Source of the DNA: Bacilli bacterium
Lineage (GTDB): Bacteria; Bacillota_I; Bacilli_A; ML615J-28; CAG-313
DNA: 51,455 nucleotides
NCBI GenBank assembly: GCA_051872775.1
Contig: JBJEEE010000019.1
Span: 1-51,455 of the forward strand
Direction of reading: 5' to 3'
Shown: positions 16,793 through 25,209 of the stretch, piece by piece
How positions within the stretch are numbered: position 1 is the stretch's first letter
How the letters are laid out: each line of letters opens with the position of its first letter
Notes under the pieces: model-generated
Told to the model about the DNA's origin: nothing
Seen by the model: only the letters and a program-made list of their open reading frames with translations
The model's database searches: none
Translations under genes and position numbers: made by a program

Positions 16793-19366
16793 TTATTCTG
16801 CATCTTCTTCTACAATTTTAGAATCTTCAATTAAAAGTTTAACTTTATCAGCAACACCTGTATTACTGAATGTAGTAGTATCTAATTGTTCTAAAGTCAT
16901 AGTTAATACTTTATTTAAAGTCTTAGCATTAGCAACACCATTTACTTTAAGGATGTTAGCAATTGCGCCTTTATAGAAAGCATTGATTGCACTTGATTTA
17001 GTTGATGTACCAGTAGAAATATATTTATCGTATTCTTCAAGGGTAATATCTACTAATTTCTTAGTACTATTTGTATAAGAAGGAGCGCTTCCTTTAATAA
17101 CACTAATGCGATATGCAGTAGAAATCTTATCAGCATCACCAGATTGACTAATAAAGAATACATCAGAAGTGAAATCTTTTAATGTTAAATAATAAGCTTT
17201 ATCATTCTTTTCATAACGATAACCTGGATCTAAAACACTACCAGTAATTTTGGCACCAATAACATTTCCTTCTTCATCTGTAACTTCATCATAATTACTG
17301 ATCTTATCCCAAATAGTTTTAATTTGAGCTTTTAGATCTTCATTGATTGATGATGAATTTGTATAAGAAGTAGAAGAGATAGCACTAACTTTTAAACCAG
17401 CTAATTTGTATACACCCCAAACACTATGGTTAGGTGCAGCAAGTTTGTATGATACAACAATTTCTGAAATTGCTTTTTCAAATGTTTTGTTTACATTGCT
17501 TGCTTTTTGAACTTCAATTTCGGCTAGTTCATAAATCTTGTTAACTAATTGTTCAGATAAGGAGTCAGTATCATTACCTGATTCATATGCATCAGCAACA
17601 CCATCTAAGTCTTTATCATAATAAGCATATACACCAATAATATTGGCACTAAAGTATGCAGCTAGCATATTTTTGATTTCAGCTTGAACTAATTCATCAG
17701 ATTCAACGGTTGTTTCAACACCTTCTTCATCAGTTTCAGTTTTGTTTACAGTCCAAATACTTCTTGCAATCGCATCAGTTGCGGCAGCATAAAGGCTACT
17801 ATCTAAATTAGTCATTAAATCAACTTCGCTTGATGCACCAAGATAATCACGTATGAAGTTTTCCCAACCATATGCAGCAGGATATCCTTTTTCTTCATAA
17901 TTACCGTTTTCAAAAGAAGTTTTGTATTCTTTAACATCTGATTTATAATATTCATCATATTTTTCTTGATCTAATACTTTATTATTTACAATGTCATAAA
18001 CTTGGTTATAACTTGTTAAAACAACATATTGTTGGATTAATAATAAAGAAATGATTGATCCATATTTTTCAGAAAGTTTAGTGAATAGTTGATCAGCTGT
18101 TAAAGTATGTTTAGTACCATTATAAGTAAATTCAGCAACTACAGAATTACTTTCTTCATCAGTTGTTTTATATGCATCAAATTCTTCAATACCTAAATCT
18201 GTATATGCTTGATTATAAGCATTAACATATTTTGTTTCTAATCCTTGATCATAAATCTTTAAAGAAATTTTATTTCTTTCTTCATTTAATACTTTATCAA
18301 TGTAGCTTGTTGATAATGAATTTTCAACAAGAGTATGTACAACCTCATCAATTTCTTCTGAACTTAAATCTTCAAAAGCTTTAGCATCATCTTTAGTTTC
18401 ATTAACTTTAAGAACTAAATAATATCTAGAACCAAATGAAGCAGGTCCATGTGTATAAGATTTGGAAAGTTCTTCCGTTTCCGTTCCTGCTACAGTTAAA
18501 TTAGAAACTTTAGTAGCAATTGTTGATGAAACAGTTTGTAATTCAGAATATGTATATGTCTTTACACCTGATGCACCAGTACCAGGATTATAAATAGCAT
18601 ACATATCTTCAAATGCTTGTTTTAAAGATGCAGCCGTTGCTTCTACACCATCGATTTTCCAATTAGCATTTAAGTTAGATAAATCAATGCCAACTTGTTG
18701 CATAGTAGCTTTAGCTTCTTTTTCAGAATCAAAAGTAACAAGAATTACATCATAAGTAGGGCGATGAAGGCTTTCGTATTGAGATTTGATTGCTTCTGTA
18801 GTGAAGTAATCTTCTTCATTATCTTCATCTGCGTTATATTCTTTAACAAATTGTTTAAATGCATTAACTGCAAAACTCATTTTTAAATATTCACGTTTAT
18901 AATATGCTGTATATTCATCTTCTGTGAAATATCCAAGAGCACGCATGTCTTTTTCAAATTTTACAAGTGTTTCTGCTTGTTCTTCAGCAGTTAAATTATC
19001 TTTATTTGATTTTTTACTATCATTTTCATCAACACCATAAATTATTTGTTCTAAATTTATATCAAATTCATCATCGTTATAGTGTGAGTCATATTCACTT
19101 GCTTTTTTATCTAGGATTATAGCATCAATCCAATCATATAATTCATCTAGTCCATAACTATTTAATAAATGGTTATAAATAGATGTATTTGTTACTTTAT
19201 AATTACCAATAGTAAGATATGCTTGATCACCATTGGAAATAACAGGAATTACACTAGGGTATACTTTGGATACTTTATTCTTCTTACAACTTGCTAATGT
19301 AAATACACATGTTATAATAAGTAAACAAGGAAGAACACGTTTAAATAATAATTTAATTTTGTTCAT
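16793..19366 (-). CDS. 857-aa lipoprotein, tandem PrsA/SurA-like foldase modules (paralog of the upstream gene)
   Basis: Lipobox LASCKK. There are two PrsA-N-like segments (AYLTIGNYKVTNTSIYNHLLNSYGLDELYDWID and VAEFTYNGTKHTLTADQLFTKLSEKYGSI). It aligns clearly with the 1050-aa neighbour, for example YPAAYGWENFIRDYLGASSEVDL against FPAKYGWNNFKKDYFGAYSDEEL. RBS AGGAGGG. Confidence 0.5.
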   Translation of the reverse strand: MNKIKLLFKRVLPCLLIITCVFTLASCKKNKVSKVYPSVIPVISNGDQAYLTIGNYKVTNTSIYNHLLNSYGLDELYDWIDAIILDKKASEYDSHYNDDEFDINLEQIIYGVDENDSKKSNKDNLTAEEQAETLVKFEKDMRALGYFTEDEYTAYYKREYLKMSFAVNAFKQFVKEYNADEDNEEDYFTTEAIKSQYESLHRPTYDVILVTFDSEKEAKATMQQVGIDLSNLNANWKIDGVEATAASLKQAFEDMYAIYNPGTGASGVKTYTYSELQTVSSTIATKVSNLTVAGTETEELSKSYTHGPASFGSRYYLVLKVNETKDDAKAFEDLSSEEIDEVVHTLVENSLSTSYIDKVLNEERNKISLKIYDQGLETKYVNAYNQAYTDLGIEEFDAYKTTDEESNSVVAEFTYNGTKHTLTADQLFTKLSEKYGSIISLLLIQQYVVLTSYNQVYDIVNNKVLDQEKYDEYYKSDVKEYKTSFENGNYEEKGYPAAYGWENFIRDYLGASSEVDLMTNLDSSLYAAATDAIARSIWTVNKTETDEEGVETTVESDELVQAEIKNMLAAYFSANIIGVYAYYDKDLDGVADAYESGNDTDSLSEQLVNKIYELAEIEVQKASNVNKTFEKAISEIVVSYKLAAPNHSVWGVYKLAGLKVSAISSTSYTNSSSINEDLKAQIKTIWDKISNYDEVTDEEGNVIGAKITGSVLDPGYRYEKNDKAYYLTLKDFTSDVFFISQSGDADKISTAYRISVIKGSAPSYTNSTKKLVDITLEEYDKYISTGTSTKSSAINAFYKGAIANILKVNGVANAKTLNKVLTMTLEQLDTTTFSNTGVADKVKLLIEDSKIVEEDAE

Positions 19367-19377
19367 GTATTTCCCTC

Positions 19378-22300
19378 CTATTCTTCTTCTAAGTCTTTAC
19401 GACTTACTTCAATTATGATATCTAATAGTCTAATAAATTCAGCTTTATCTGCAGTTTGAATATTTGCTTTTACACTTTCTAGATATTCAATTAAGTTTGC
19501 AGTTAAGACATTATTTCCACTAATTTCGGAAATAGCGTTATCATACCAAGCTTTAATTCTTGCTTGAGCTTCATCATCCATTGCATATTCACTAGTATAT
19601 TCGATATCATACTTTTCTTTAAGTTCTTTTACAGCAGCATCATATGCTTCTTTCTTATAACTTATTTCAGAGTCAGCATTATCAGCAGCTTTATCAAGTA
19701 ATTCATAGATTAAAATATCTTCTTCAGTAGGAAGTTCAGTTGGAGCAGTAATACTTAAAGCGATAATCTTGTGATATCCATATGTTGTTTCAACATTATT
19801 TGGTGAAACATATGGAACTTCTAGAGTACCTTCAAGGTTTTGTTCAGTTAATGTCTTATACATTGATTCAAGTTCATCTAAGAATTCTTCAACTAGGCTA
19901 GAAGAGTTATTATATGCTTGTGCACTTTCAACTTTTAACATTAAACCAGCTTTCTTGAACTTAGCCCAATAGTTATAAGTATAAATTGTATCAGTATCAG
20001 TAGGAAGAGATGTAGGTTCTTCAAAACCAGCATTCTTATACACAGTTACAATTTCATTTAGTTGATTATAAATACCATTTTGAGCAGTATCTGCTGCATG
20101 TTCGAATACTAAATTCATTAATTCATCTACTAATGCTTTTTGTTCACTTGTCCATTCAGTAGTTTCAAATTCATATTCGCCAGTTTCTTCGTTGGTAACT
20201 TTTTTATCACTTTGAGTATCAATATTGTTATCATAATTATTATCAACATAAATAAATAGGTTAACAACATTCAATCCATACCATTCATCATAAGCTTTTT
20301 TCATAGCTTTATATAAATCAGTTTCTTCCCAAGTACCTTCACCAGCAGTAGTATATAAACTATTTGTTAAAGCTTCTAAAGCTTTGCTATATACAGAACC
20401 ACCAAATTGAGCATTTACAAGTAATTCTTCATCAGAATATGCACCGAAATAATCTTTCTTGAAGTTATTCCAACCATATTTAGCAGGGAAGTTAGGAGTA
20501 AATCCATAATATGAAAGATAAGAATATGTGAAATAATCTAATTCGAAATTCTTACGGAATCCACCAACTTCAGATTTAAGTAAAGCTTTAAATGTATCTT
20601 CATCTTTTACATCATTTGTATAGAAATTATAAATAGTATTAAATTCATTATTAGAAATAACACGATATTGATTAATTAAATCAACAGTAGTAGATACAGC
20701 ATATTTATCTTTTAATTCTGCAAATAATTCTTCAGCAGTAATAGTAACTTCTTTACCATTAACATTAAATTTAGCTACATTTACATCATCTTTCTTCTTT
20801 GAATCAGTATATTTAGTGTAATCAGTTAATTTTAAAGTTGATTCAAAGAAAGTAGTATATTGATAATCATAGATTGCTTCAATATAACGATCTAAGATTT
20901 GTAAACCAACTTCATTTCTCTTTTCATAAATCATTTGTTCAATAACATTATCAGTGATAGCTTCTTCTAGTAATTTATCAACTATTTCTTGTTTAACAGT
21001 TTCATCATTGTAATCAGGGTTAACTTTAATTAACACTTTAATTGCTAAAACATAATAATCACCACAGGATTGAGGTTTAATTGTGTATGATTTATAGAAC
21101 TTAGATGCATCATCAGAAACATAATATGTAGTAGAATCCGCTTTTAGGATACCAGCAAGAGTAGAATTAATAGCTGTTAATTCAGCAGTAGTCCATTCAG
21201 CCTTAATATCTTTTTCCGCAAGTTTATCAGTATCAAACTTATAAGTTTCAAATTGATCTACAGCTTCAACACTAACAGTTTTTGCTTCTTTAGCTTCGTC
21301 AACAGATTTAACATCAATACTATATGTAACAGTTGATTCAGTAACTTCTTTATATTTGAAGGTTGCAGTTACTTTAACAGTAACAGTACCATTATTTTCT
21401 GGTTTAACATATGTTAATGTTTTTCCATCTTCTGCTAAAGTAAGATTTGTTCCATCAGTAACTTCCCAAGTGATTTCCACTTTATCGCTACTACCATTAA
21501 CTAAAACTTCTAGAGGAAGAACGACGTTTCCTTCAACTTCTTCAACTTCAACCATAGCTTCTTTAATGGCAGCTTTTGCAAAAGATAATGTTTTTTCATC
21601 ATCATATACAGCTGTATAATCTTCAGATGTAATTTGATTGCCAAGGTAACCATAAACTAAGTTATACATTTCAATGAATTTATCTAATACTTCAGTAGCA
21701 GATAAATATGCATCATCAGGAATACCGGCAGTGCTATTGTAATCAAAACTACCTCTAATCCATCCATTTTTACCAAGTAATGTTGAATTAGTATTAATGC
21801 CTACAGCATTCATTGTCTTTAGAGCAGCACTTTCACTTGTAAAAGGAATATAGAATCCTACAACAGTATCAGAATAATTATCTTCATAATATTCTTTAAT
21901 TTTGTCTTCATCGAATAATCCTTCTTTATCCGCTTCAGTGCGTTCTTTTTCAAGTTTGTTCTTATAAGCTACTTTTGCTTGACTATTACGAACAAATTGA
22001 AGTGCATAATACTCTCTAACTACACCCCATACACTTGTATTAAGATTGTATGGATCATAGTCTTCTTCTGAAACAGTTTTAATTAAGTTATTCATTCTTA
22101 ATGAATCACATAATTCAACCCATTTTTCTTTGTTTGCTTCTTTAACAGATGAAGCATCAGTAGAAGTTAATTCTTTTTCAAACACACTATCCATAATGAA
22201 TTTATCAAGATCAGTTAGATGATCTAAATCTTCAGATTTAGTTTTTCTTACTTCAACAAGTTCATTCGCATAAATTTTTTCATCTACTAATCTAATAAGT

Positions 22301-22530
22301 TCAGCAGTACCGTAATTTTGCTTTAGATAAGTATATAAACGATCATTAGTGATTTCCATATCACCAAGAGTTAGGTATACATCATCTGCATTTTTAACTT
22401 TAGGTGTTTTGTTAGAACAACTTTTTACAGATACAACAATAACCGCAATAAGTACAATAAGTACAAAAGCGATGGCTACTGGGGCGATACGTTTAACGAT
22501 ATCTTTTCCAGTAATTTGTTTTTCACTCAT
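19378..22530 (-). CDS. 1050-aa membrane-anchored protein, tandem PrsA/SurA-like foldase modules with a parvulin-like C-terminal core
   Basis: N-terminal TM helix (aa 15-35). PrsA-N-like segments are VYLTLGDMEITNDRLYTYLKQNYGTAELIRLVD and VAKFNVNGKEVTITAEELFAELKDKYAV. TTYGYHKIIAL resembles the parvulin (F/Y)GYHII signature. Its TAG stop lies within the RBS of the next gene. Confidence 0.5.
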   Translation of the reverse strand: MSEKQITGKDIVKRIAPVAIAFVLIVLIAVIVVSVKSCSNKTPKVKNADDVYLTLGDMEITNDRLYTYLKQNYGTAELIRLVDEKIYANELVEVRKTKSEDLDHLTDLDKFIMDSVFEKELTSTDASSVKEANKEKWVELCDSLRMNNLIKTVSEEDYDPYNLNTSVWGVVREYYALQFVRNSQAKVAYKNKLEKERTEADKEGLFDEDKIKEYYEDNYSDTVVGFYIPFTSESAALKTMNAVGINTNSTLLGKNGWIRGSFDYNSTAGIPDDAYLSATEVLDKFIEMYNLVYGYLGNQITSEDYTAVYDDEKTLSFAKAAIKEAMVEVEEVEGNVVLPLEVLVNGSSDKVEITWEVTDGTNLTLAEDGKTLTYVKPENNGTVTVKVTATFKYKEVTESTVTYSIDVKSVDEAKEAKTVSVEAVDQFETYKFDTDKLAEKDIKAEWTTAELTAINSTLAGILKADSTTYYVSDDASKFYKSYTIKPQSCGDYYVLAIKVLIKVNPDYNDETVKQEIVDKLLEEAITDNVIEQMIYEKRNEVGLQILDRYIEAIYDYQYTTFFESTLKLTDYTKYTDSKKKDDVNVAKFNVNGKEVTITAEELFAELKDKYAVSTTVDLINQYRVISNNEFNTIYNFYTNDVKDEDTFKALLKSEVGGFRKNFELDYFTYSYLSYYGFTPNFPAKYGWNNFKKDYFGAYSDEELLVNAQFGGSVYSKALEALTNSLYTTAGEGTWEETDLYKAMKKAYDEWYGLNVVNLFIYVDNNYDNNIDTQSDKKVTNEETGEYEFETTEWTSEQKALVDELMNLVFEHAADTAQNGIYNQLNEIVTVYKNAGFEEPTSLPTDTDTIYTYNYWAKFKKAGLMLKVESAQAYNNSSSLVEEFLDELESMYKTLTEQNLEGTLEVPYVSPNNVETTYGYHKIIALSITAPTELPTEEDILIYELLDKAADNADSEISYKKEAYDAAVKELKEKYDIEYTSEYAMDDEAQARIKAWYDNAISEISGNNVLTANLIEYLESVKANIQTADKAEFIRLLDIIIEVSRKDLEEE

Positions 22531-22586
22531 TTTGTTTCACTCCTTTTCTTTAAATGGTTATTTAAATATACCAAAATAACAATAAT

Positions 22587-22615
22587 ATAATACCAAATTT
22601 TATAAAAAAATACAA
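22587..22615 (-). promoter_or_regulatory. sigma-A type promoter for the foldase-like operon
   Basis: On the minus strand: TTGTAT, 17 nt, TGgTATTAT. On the plus strand the -10 complement is at 22587-22592 and the -35 complement at 22610-22615. Confidence 0.5.
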
Positions 22616-22673
22616 GTAAAACATAGCTAAATTAAGGATTAAATTACACAAAAATAAAGCAAAACAAAACTAA

Positions 22674-22690
22674 TGTGAAATTAATGTGAA
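22674..22690 (+). promoter_or_regulatory. direct hexamer repeat TGTGAA-N5-TGTGAA, candidate OmpR/PhoB-family response-regulator site
   Basis: TGTGAA (22674-22679), attaa, TGTGAA (22685-22690), giving an 11-bp periodicity. The complement reads TTCACA-N5-TTCACA. Confidence 0.4.
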
Positions 22691-22814
22691 GTTTAAAAAA
22701 ATCACTATTTCTAGGCCTTTATAATATCTAATAAATTAAATAAAACGTATTATATATTAGACCATTAATGTAGTGCATTGTTCTTTTTAAGCTGGCTAGA
22801 AAGGAGGAAAATAC

Positions 22815-22904
22815 ATGAATACTGGTCGTCAAGAATATGGGTATGCTTTCATCCTTGTATTATTTATTTTACTAGTAATCATTGGTGCATGCTGGGCATT
22901 CTAA
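22815..22904 (+). CDS. 29-aa tiny transmembrane protein (YjcZ / tiny_TM_bacill-like), absent from the ORF track
   Basis: AGGAGG lies 8 nt before the ATG. The peptide is MNTGRQEYGYAFILVLFILLVIIGACWAF. The GYxF-(I/L)LVLFILL-IIGA pattern is characteristic of that small-protein family. A hairpin follows the stop. Confidence 0.6.
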   Translation: MNTGRQEYGYAFILVLFILLVIIGACWAF

Positions 22905-22907
22905 ACA

Positions 22908-22942
22908 AGATTAAACACTGAATTTATTCAGTGTTTTAATCT
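22908..22942 (+). terminator. hairpin after the tiny ORF
   Basis: aacactgaa / ttcagtgtt core stem extended by agatta / taatct. The T-run is weak. Confidence 0.5.
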
Positions 22943-23022
22943 TTATATAGGAAAAAATCATTAAGTATAATTTATGAAATTTTAGACTTATTCTATTAAT
23001 TACATCATTATTATGTTTTTGT

Positions 23023-23051
23023 TTGATAAAAAAGTCAAAATATGATATAAT
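23023..23051 (+). promoter_or_regulatory. sigma-A type promoter (extended -10) of the walJ-like to recD2 gene string
   Basis: TTGATA (23023-23028), 17 nt, TGaTATAAT (23043-23051). Its position argues against the TTG start at 23055. Confidence 0.65.
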
Positions 23052-23078
23052 ACATTGAAAGTAGAAAGGGTAAGTAAA

Positions 23079-23870
23079 ATGAAAATAACGGTACTAGCAA
23101 GTGGCTCAAAAGGAAACTCTACCTACATAGAAACTCCAAAAACGAAAATATTAGTGGATGCGGGAATAAGTGTACTCCAAATTAGAGAAAGATTGAAATC
23201 AGAAAACATCGAATTAACATCACTCAATGCTATTTTTGTCACACATGAACATTCAGATCATGTACTGCATCTTGCGGCAGTCCTAGCGAGAACTAATGCA
23301 ACTTTATATATTGATAAAATTAGCTATGATGTAATTAATAAAAAAACCAATAATTCATTATTACCTTTTCCGGTTGTTTTCATTAATAATGATCTAAAAT
23401 ATACTTTTGAAGACATAATTGTTGTTCCCATTGCTTTATCACATGATTCTTATGCTATTCATGGTTATCTATTTAAAGAGACAAATACAAGTGAGAACAA
23501 AACATTTGCTATGATTACTGATACAGGTATTATTCCCGATAAGTATTTCCCTATTCTATCTTCGATTAATGTAATAATGATTGAATCAAATCATGATGTT
23601 GAAATGCTTTCTACTAGTAGAAGACCATGGATTTTAATCAAACGTATTCTTTCAAAAAAAGGCCATTTATCTAATGAAGAATGTATGAGTTATCTCTCAC
23701 GTATTGTTTCTAAAAACACTAAACATGTCATTCTTGCTCATTTAAGTGAAGAATGTAATGACGAAAAGATTGTGAAAGCAGAATGTTTGCAAAGTTTTGG
23801 AGATAATCCTCATTTTATCTTCCATATTGCAGAACAACATCACCCCCTTCACATTATTGAGGTAGAATAA
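23079..23870 (+). CDS. walJ: MBL-fold metallo-hydrolase, YycJ/WalJ-like
   Basis: MKITVLASGSKGNSTYIET...VDAG...FVTHEHSDHV closely resembles B. subtilis YycJ. Start set at the ATG at 23079. Confidence 0.75.
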   Translation: MKITVLASGSKGNSTYIETPKTKILVDAGISVLQIRERLKSENIELTSLNAIFVTHEHSDHVLHLAAVLARTNATLYIDKISYDVINKKTNNSLLPFPVVFINNDLKYTFEDIIVVPIALSHDSYAIHGYLFKETNTSENKTFAMITDTGIIPDKYFPILSSINVIMIESNHDVEMLSTSRRPWILIKRILSKKGHLSNEECMSYLSRIVSKNTKHVILAHLSEECNDEKIVKAECLQSFGDNPHFIFHIAEQHHPLHIIEVE

Positions 23871-24328
23871 TGATAAAAATAATATGTGTTGGTAAAATTA
23901 AAGAAGATTTTATCGAAAAAGGAATTAACGAGTATCTAAAAAGATTAAGTGCATTTACTAAAGTTACTATTATCGAACTTAAAGAAGGCAATAACATTGA
24001 TATTTCAAAAACCATAGAAAGTGAAGGAAGAAGTATCCTTGATAAAATTAATAAAGATGATTTCGTGATCACACTAGAAATTGCTGGTAAAATGCTAGAT
24101 AGTATCGAGTTATCAAAAAAAATAAATGATTTATATACCTATGGCAATACTAACATTGATTTTATTATAGGTGGATCATGGGGATTAAGTGATGAAGTTA
24201 AAAGAAGAAGTAATTTTGCTTTATCATTTTCAAAATTTACTTTCCCACATCAATTGATGCGACTAATTTTAATAGAACAAATATATCGTTCATTTACAAT
24301 TATAAATAATAAAGAATATCATAAATAG
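23870..24328 (+). CDS. rlmH: 23S rRNA (pseudouridine1915-N3)-methyltransferase RlmH
   Basis: IGK(I/L)KE...EY.KRLS...IIEL and the C-terminal LSFSKFTFPHQLMRLILIEQIYRSF...YHK match the SPOUT RlmH family along the full length. Confidence 0.9.
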   Translation: MIKIICVGKIKEDFIEKGINEYLKRLSAFTKVTIIELKEGNNIDISKTIESEGRSILDKINKDDFVITLEIAGKMLDSIELSKKINDLYTYGNTNIDFIIGGSWGLSDEVKRRSNFALSFSKFTFPHQLMRLILIEQIYRSFTIINNKEYHK

Positions 24329-24341
24329 GAGGATTAAAGTT

Positions 24342-25208
24342 ATGATGGATTTAATTACAAATATTATTTTTCTAGCCGTAACTGTATGTTTTTTGGGGAT
24401 ATACATTTATAGTTTAGTTTTAAACCTAGTTAGAGCAATTAAGACGAACAAACAGTTAAAAAAAGACCCTCAAGTTATTGAAGGGACAGTTGTAGAAGTT
24501 ACTCCAATTAAAAAAAGAGTATATGTTAAAGTTCAATTTAAGTCAGAAAGCAATCATCAATTATTTGATATTTTATATGAACTTACACAAGCAGAGTTTA
24601 AAGATCAATACTATGTAAATCAAAAGGTAAAAATCTTTTATCCAAAAGTTGAAGGCAATAAAAAGATTCATTGCTTCCCAACATACCTAGAAGGAATGAA
24701 AATTGCGCCAGAAGCTGGACCAATCTTTACGGATGCTTTAGTAACTGCTTCCGGTCTATTTATTACTTTATTTAGTTTATATCAAATGATTGTTAAAGAT
24801 GTATTTAGTGGTAATGTTCCACTTGTTTCTTCTCAATCATTAACAACAGAAACTGATGTAGTGAGTACTTTTAATATTTTTAGTTTCTTTATATTTTTAG
24901 TTATTTATCTTGTATTATTAAGTTATTTACTTGAAAGAATAACTGGAATATCGCGCGAACATAGTGAAAACTATCTAAAGATTTGTGGTTTACTTGTCAA
25001 AGCAGAGGTTGTAACATACAAGTTAATGAGAACAAAAAATGCTAATGGAGTAAGACAAGCAAGAGTAAAGATTAGTTTTAATACAAATAAAGGTGAAAAA
25101 GTAGAATCAGAAATTTACTCTTTCCTTTATACGGAAAATCCAGAACAATATATTAGTATTTTATATGATCCACGCCGTCCTCAAATGGCGGTATATCTAA
25201 GAGGCTAA
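24342..25208 (+). CDS. hypothetical membrane protein with two DUF3592-like (TM plus small beta domain) halves
   Basis: Internal duplication of architecture: a TM helix followed by EGTVVEVTP...VKVQF, then TM helices followed by [11 protein letters not shown]...VKISF. Confidence 0.4.
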   Translation: MMDLITNIIFLAVTVCFLGIYIYSLVLNLVRAIKTNKQLKKDPQVIEGTVVEVTPIKKRVYVKVQFKSESNHQLFDILYELTQAEFKDQYYVNQKVKIFYPKVEGNKKIHCFPTYLEGMKIAPEAGPIFTDALVTASGLFITLFSLYQMIVKDVFSGNVPLVSSQSLTTETDVVSTFNIFSFFIFLVIYLVLLSYLLERITGISREHSENYLKICGLLVKAEVVTYKLMRTKNANGVRQARVKISFNTNKGEKVESEIYSFLYTENPEQYISILYDPRRPQMAVYLRG

Positions 25209-25209
25209 T

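Noticed and set aside
16597-16803. 68-aa minus-strand ORF spanning the yhaM 3' end and both terminator hairpins. Similar edge ORFs occur at 19233-19418, 22349-22579, 23854-24072 and 30949-31215.
   Set aside because: They run through terminator stems, RBS regions or gene ends of better-supported genes and have no translation signals.
23055-23078. Upstream alternative starts proposed by the ORF track: 23055 TTG, 40137, 49336, 50879, 13122, 3481, 5066 and 27198.
   Set aside because: In each case a downstream ATG has a proper Shine-Dalgarno at 6-9 nt and the conserved protein N-terminus starts there. For 23055, 40137 and 49336 the extension overlaps a near-consensus promoter, so it would not be transcribed.
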